The notes under the pieces are model-generated. The model had not been told where the DNA came from. It worked only from the letters and a program-made list of their open reading frames with translations, and made no database searches. A DNA stretch of 64,000 nt from Raillietiella orientalis (lineage: Eukaryota). This document shows, piece after piece, positions 61,621-64,000 of this stretch. The position numbers and the translations under genes are program-made. The stretch's first letter is position 1; the number at the start of each line of letters is the position of its first letter. The DNA is taken from positions 9,424,001-9,488,000 of the forward strand of contig JAYWIR010000001.1 in assembly GCA_036172245.1 (NCBI GenBank), in the 5' to 3' direction.

Positions 61621-64000
61621 ACGATGATTCAGGGTCCGGCCGTGAGGGGAGGATTCCGGTGGAAACGCGATCGCTCTCTTGCCCTCTGTAGTTTTCGGGA
61701 GGAGAACCTCGGACCGCAGCCGCCGTTTCGTGAGCTCTCCCGAACCCTCCAGGGTGCAAGAATTCCGAACTTCCGGTTTCCCTGCCAACCGGATGAGGTG
61801 GACGCACGGCGCGAGGTCCCGTCGGCGGAGACGTGCAGCTTCGCCTCGCAGATTCCGCTTGACGATGGCTCCCTGGTGCGCTATTGCTGCTCCCAGCGTT
61901 GGGCCCTGCGGCGCGCATCGCCATCACCGTCCCCGCCGGTAGAGATGGCGCCGACTCTGCCGCCGTTGTTGACATCGGTGGCCGTGGTGAAGAGGTTGCA
62001 GTGGCAGCCCTCTCTGCCCGTTTCTGTGCGCGTTGGTCGCGAAGACGGAGGCTCCCGTGTCGCGATGGTGGTTCAGGTTCACATCCACCGCGCGATCCGC
62101 GGCTCCCGAGGTCATCCGGATGCAGACAGTCGCGGCAGGTACCATCCTTCGGGGAAAGGAACCACGAGAAAGGTGCTGCCGAAAGAACGTCTTTCTCTCC
62201 GGAGAAGACGGAACCCCTCTCTCCCCCGCCCACTGGAGACCTGGGGGTTCCTGTGGCGACTTCCTCTTCCTAGGGAGGATGTTCAAGGAAGCGCCCCGCC
62301 GACCCGGAGGGACGTTGCTACGGCGAGGAGGAGGGAAGGAAGACGGGAAAACCCCGGTCGCCGTCGGGCATGGAGATGGCGGGAGTTCGCGATGCCATTT
62401 TTCTCCCTGCAGGATGCGGAGAACAGGAGGGGGAGGGACGAGAGGCTCCTACCGGAGGCGCGCCATCCACGCTCAGCCCTTTCGCACGCGAGCTGACGGC
62501 TCCTGTGGCGACGGCGTTGTTGAGAGTGGAGCTGCGCTCTTCTTCCTCCACAGAGCTCACTTTCCTTGCCCAGTCCACCCCCGCGAGGATCTTCGGGCGA
62601 GTCGCAAGGCCCCCGCGGAGCCACGGCCGTCGTCCCATGCATCCTTCGGGTGCCGACGCTGCGTCTCCTTGCCTCTGCGCGCGCGGTGGGACGCACCCGG
62701 CCCTACGCCTGCGCCGAGGGCAGGCGTAACCGCGGTGGAAAGTGGGAATTCCTCTTTCCCGTTCTCCCCTAAGGGGGCTGGCGTGCCTGCCGAGCCGGTG
62801 GGGACGGAGGCCCGCTCTCCCGGTGTTGCGGCCGCCGGCCCAACTTGGGAGGGGGGGAGGTTGATTATCCCTCGCTGCTTGCTCCCCCCCCATCCTCCTG
62901 GCCTCCTCCAGGCGCAAGCGGCACGCTGGCCTGTGACGTCATTCCTGTCTTTGCGGCAGAGGCGGGAGGAAGAAACCCTGGAAGGGATCGGAGATCCCAC
63001 TGCCGGCCGCTGGAGGGAACAGCCGAGGTCGGACGCGGTTCATAGTCGGCCCTCGGAGAGCCACCAGAAGGATGCCGATCGGAAGCAGCACGAAAGGATG
63101 GCATACCCTCTCAGCCTCCGTTTGCCATCCTACCTTCCATTCGTCCCGAATCTCCCTCGCTCTACCCAGGGGGAGTGCGGAAAAGGACCGCACTTCCGCA
63201 TGTCCCTCCGGCAGCGACCTCCAGGTTCTCGAGCCGGCCAGCAGCAGCTCCGCTTCCGCCATTCTTCCTGCTCCTCCCTCCCTCCCTCCCTCCTCTGCCG
63301 ATCGATCTGGGCAAGCGCCGCGGCCACAGAGAGCGGTGGGGAAGGGGGGGGAGGCCTGGTGGCTTTTGAGGAGGAGAGGCGCCACCATCTTCTCACGTGA
63401 CCTCATTTTTCCCTCGCTGGCCTCCCACCCACCGCCTCTTTCCCCTTCCCCCCAGCTGCCGCAGCACTCGCAGTCGATTGTCGAAAGTTCGCCCGCGGGC
63501 GAAACGCGCGACGCTCGGAGTGATCGTCCCTTCCGCGCCGCAACCATCCAACATGGCGGCATCGCTTCCGCGGGTGAGCAGCCGGCGTGATTCAACCAAG
63601 CGCGAGCGAAAGCAAGGAGCAGCCTTTCTTTAATTAATAATAAGAACAATAATAATAAAAGTTTTCGTCTACCATCGTCCCCCCCCCTATAGAGGATGGT
63701 AGATTTTTTTTAATATATATTTTGAAGACAAATGCGTTGATTTCTTGAACTATTCGAGCAAAATGGTTCTTCGAAGATGAAAGGAATCTTCAATTTTTAT
63801 TAACTGAAGTTCAGGACAGAAAGGGAGGTTAGCATTCTTTTTGTATCATTTTATAGTATTAAAACATACACATAAAATTATACAAATGCGCAGTCTAATC
63901 CTAATGGAACAGTTCCTAATATACTACCTGGAAGAAATACACTTAATTAATCGAACAGAGTTTATTTCAATGGATTTGCATTCCATCGAACGCACTCCTC

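Noticed and set aside
62033-63400. 455-aa ORF and other long ORFs in GC-rich zones (48664-49893, 49459-50475, 50653-51738, 52700-53644, 19448-20587)
   Set aside because: Arg/Gly/Pro/Ala-rich with no recognisable domains and overlapping in several frames. Expected from stop-codon scarcity in GC-rich decayed TE sequence.

Overview
Eukaryotic DNA, almost certainly arthropod (it carries a Tramtrack-type BTB-zinc-finger gene and a serpin-6/Spn88Ea-type serpin), with unusually short introns (mostly 41-59 nt). Four conserved spliced genes were reconstructed by hand: V-ATPase proteolipid c'' (1762-2978 +), PRP38A (12662-14059 -), a serpin (54207-55719 +) and tramtrack (57446-59064 +). The main structure is a ~13.7 kb quasi-palindrome: two near-identical 3,450-bp inverted arms (16928-20377 and 27179-30628) around a 6.8-kb spacer that holds a decayed L1/Tx1-type retrotransposon. 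Each arm contains a 9-exon secreted pepsin-fold gene that the ORF track shows only as fragments. It has a TATA box, signal peptide and polyA signal, non-canonical catalytic motifs (DTT/DAG) and essentially no prosegment. The left copy is open; the right copy has a +1 homopolymer frameshift. The rest is mostly decayed mobile DNA: NeSL/Utopia-like, L1/Tx1-like and probable Jockey-like LINEs, a tRNA-head SINE family, two MITEs, and Helitron and hAT remnants. A ~320-bp tract inside one retroelement remnant (43964-44285) is almost free of cytosine on one strand and looks like processive C-to-T hypermutation. All family assignments come from motif recognition by eye; no database search was run.
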